A stretch of DNA of 64,000 bases, taken from assembly GCA_965198225.1 (NCBI GenBank), contig CBDAOY010000008.1, positions 1,216,001-1,280,000 on the forward strand, given 5' to 3'. Position 1 is the stretch's first letter. Each line of letters starts with the position of its first letter. Made by a program: the position numbers and the translations under genes. Below, piece after piece: positions 61,876 through 64,000 of this stretch. The notes beneath the pieces were generated by a model. The model had not been told where the DNA came from. It did no database searches and saw only the letters and a list, made by a program, of their open reading frames with translations. The stretch is from Terriglobia bacterium (GTDB taxonomy: Bacteria; Acidobacteriota; Terriglobia; 20CM-2-55-15).

Positions 61876-63741
61876 ATGAGTTCGATAGCGCGCGGAAACG
61901 GAAACTCGAATTCGCAGCATCAAGACGTCCATACTATCCGACGTTCTTCAGAGGCGGGAGGCAATGGTTCGGGTCGGGTCCCTGCAGGGGGAAAGTTGAT
62001 CGTCATCACGGCCCCCCTGACCGAGTCCATCGACCATGCCGGCTATTTCATACAGATGGCAATGGCGTCGCTTCCGATCTGGCTGGAATGGATTCTGGAC
62101 AAGAAGTATCCCACGTGGCGCGACGTCGAGTATCACGACGACGGGAGCGCGAAGTACATGCCGGCCGGCGTGGGTGTTCTCGAAAAGTCGCTCCTACGTG
62201 ACTTTCCTAGAGAGGACGTGGTTGCATGCTATCCGGACACCCTGGAACAGTTCATCGGACCCCGCACCCGGGTTGTCGCCGTGTCGACCCACAACCCGCT
62301 GGGCGTAACGTTTGCCGCGGGAGTCTACACGTCCATCTTCGGATCGTCGAAGATGCCGATCAACTCCCACTACGCGCGGCAGATGTTCGCCAACATCAAG
62401 TCCAGCCTATACCGCGACAGCTTCCAGGTGATCGTCGGAGGATCCGGCGGCTGGCAGATCACACAGACCGATACGTTCGAAGAGCTCGGCGTGGACTGCG
62501 TGGTCGACGGCCGGAGCGAATCCCTCGACACGATGGAGTTGTTCCATCGTGCAGTACGTGCTGAAACGCTCGAGCGCGAAGTCTCCGTCAACCACCCGCG
62601 TGATCGAGCCGCGATCCTGTTTCCGGACCGACGGACCAGCTTCGGCGTTGTCGAGATGACGACCGGCTGCGGACGCCGGTGTAATTTCTGTGTCCCGGAT
62701 CTGAACCCGCAAATCGATCTCCCGAAAGACAAGATCATGAGTGCGGTCCGCGCCAACGTCGAAAACGGAAACAAGCAGATCTCACTGGCGACGGAAGACA
62801 TGTTCATCTGGGGTCAGGTGAAGACCGACATTCCGTTCTTCTTCCCCAACCGCGAGGCGCTCGTCGATCTCTACAAAGAAACGTCTGAAGTCCCCGGCGT
62901 CGAACAGGTCGGGCTGTCGCACTCGACGATGGCGCCGGCGGTGGTCGACCCGATCCTGATCAAACAGCTTTCGGATGTCATGCTGGATAAGAGCCCGATC
63001 CACTTGCCGTCCGTCAGCCAGCATCCCAGGAAGAAGGTGCTGACGCCCCTGATCGGCTTGGAAACAGGATCGGTTCGGCTTGCCAAGAAGATCATGCCGA
63101 GCAAGGGTGTTCCGTTCTCGATCGACGACTGGCCGAGCGTGTTTCTCGAAGGCCTGCGGATCATGAACGAGAACTGCTGGTACCCGATGCTGACGCTGAT
63201 GATAGGCAACCCCGGCGAAACCGACGAGGACGTGAAGGCCACGCTGGACCTGGTCTACGAGATGGAACGGCGGAAGCTGTTCGGCTTTCTCGTGCCGTCG
63301 GTCTTTACGCCCCTGCACGACACGCGGATGCAGGATGAACGGGGCGTGACCGAAACCAAGAAGCTCACGCCTCTGCAGTGGCAGCTCATCATGAAGTGCT
63401 GGAAGAACAACCTTCGGCCCGGCCAGTACAGCTGGTGGGGACCCTCGGCCTGGCGGATCGGCTCCCTCGTAATGTGGTTGACGAAGCTGCGCCGCACGAA
63501 CGGGCGGAACTTCACCTGGCCGCTCTTCATGTTCGCAAGCCTGATGCCCGAGCAATGGATGAATCGGATGGGCAAAATCTACGTCGGCAAACCGATGAAG
63601 ACCAAGACGCGGAAGGAACTGCTGGAATCGATTCGGCCTGGCTACTGGAAGTACCTGCGCGAAGACTGCGGCGACCTCCCTGAAGGCTGGCCCGGCCCGG
63701 AATCGAAGTCTCGGGACCTCAAGGTCCTGGCGACGAAATAG
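61876..63741 (+). CDS. Radical SAM protein with N-terminal Rossmann-like (possibly B12-binding) domain
   Basis: CxxxCxxC 'CGRRCNFC'; 'GLETGS'; 'IGNPGET'; N-terminal 'VAVSTHNPLG..VIVGGSG'. Confidence 0.88.
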   Translation: MSSIARGNGNSNSQHQDVHTIRRSSEAGGNGSGRVPAGGKLIVITAPLTESIDHAGYFIQMAMASLPIWLEWILDKKYPTWRDVEYHDDGSAKYMPAGVGVLEKSLLRDFPREDVVACYPDTLEQFIGPRTRVVAVSTHNPLGVTFAAGVYTSIFGSSKMPINSHYARQMFANIKSSLYRDSFQVIVGGSGGWQITQTDTFEELGVDCVVDGRSESLDTMELFHRAVRAETLEREVSVNHPRDRAAILFPDRRTSFGVVEMTTGCGRRCNFCVPDLNPQIDLPKDKIMSAVRANVENGNKQISLATEDMFIWGQVKTDIPFFFPNREALVDLYKETSEVPGVEQVGLSHSTMAPAVVDPILIKQLSDVMLDKSPIHLPSVSQHPRKKVLTPLIGLETGSVRLAKKIMPSKGVPFSIDDWPSVFLEGLRIMNENCWYPMLTLMIGNPGETDEDVKATLDLVYEMERRKLFGFLVPSVFTPLHDTRMQDERGVTETKKLTPLQWQLIMKCWKNNLRPGQYSWWGPSAWRIGSLVMWLTKLRRTNGRNFTWPLFMFASLMPEQWMNRMGKIYVGKPMKTKTRKELLESIRPGYWKYLREDCGDLPEGWPGPESKSRDLKVLATK

Positions 63742-63838
63742 CTGAAAGTCACCGGGAGGATTCCTCATCCTCTCGAGCCAAGTCGAGTTTCTTCCGACCG
63801 GCTGCTTCCTGCCCCGGCCGGGAGTCCTGGAGGATCCA

Positions 63839-64000
63839 ATGTCATCTCTGCTGCTCATGATGGCGTTCCTGCTGGCACCCCAGCTGAGCGACCGGCCCTT
63901 CTATCCCGGCGGTACCTACAACCCGGACATCCCCTCTCCGGAGGAGGAACTCGGTTACGGTATCGGGGAGCGTTTCACGCTCTACTCCAACCTCGAGAAC
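63839..64000 (+). CDS. N-terminus of an exported protein, probably an M14 zinc carboxypeptidase (runs off window)
   Basis: RBS GGAGG; signal peptide; 'YNPDIPSPEEELGYGIGERFT'; catalytic motifs lie outside the window. Confidence 0.55.
   Translation, partial: MSSLLLMMAFLLAPQLSDRPFYPGGTYNPDIPSPEEELGYGIGERFTLYSNLEN

Overview
GC-rich bacterial chromosomal window, probably Acidobacteriota-like (inferred from four full-length MacB/FtsX-type duplicated orphan permeases plus a remnant, a Gly-rich TonB protein and BlaI/M56 regulation). Housekeeping content: a hydantoinase/oxoprolinase pair, hutUHI, trkAH, three-subunit pnt transhydrogenase, two acyl-CoA ligases, an SDR, two serine hydrolases, two c-type cytochromes and a radical SAM enzyme. 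Mobile DNA: an IS256 with 8-bp target duplication, an IS4 nested inside an IS1182, a 267-bp MITE, and a ~4.6-kb signalling island bounded by a duplicated 3' end of an acyl-CoA synthetase gene. Most notable observations: (1) an AhpD/peroxidase-related gene split in the ORF track that reads through an in-frame TGA in a CxxU motif with a SECIS-like hairpin (probable selenoprotein); (2) an exported kinase-fold protein + Omp85 barrel + exported metallophosphoesterase module; (3) a BlaR1-like M56 protease carrying 11 HEAT repeats, with a twin palindromic operator, followed by a permease and a serine hydrolase; (4) a set of uncharacterised exported proteins including a CxxCH-bearing prenyltransferase-repeat protein; (5) a DnaA-box/IHF-site cluster. 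Several otherwise intact genes carry small frameshifts, which may be consensus errors. All calls come from reading motifs by eye; no database searches were run.
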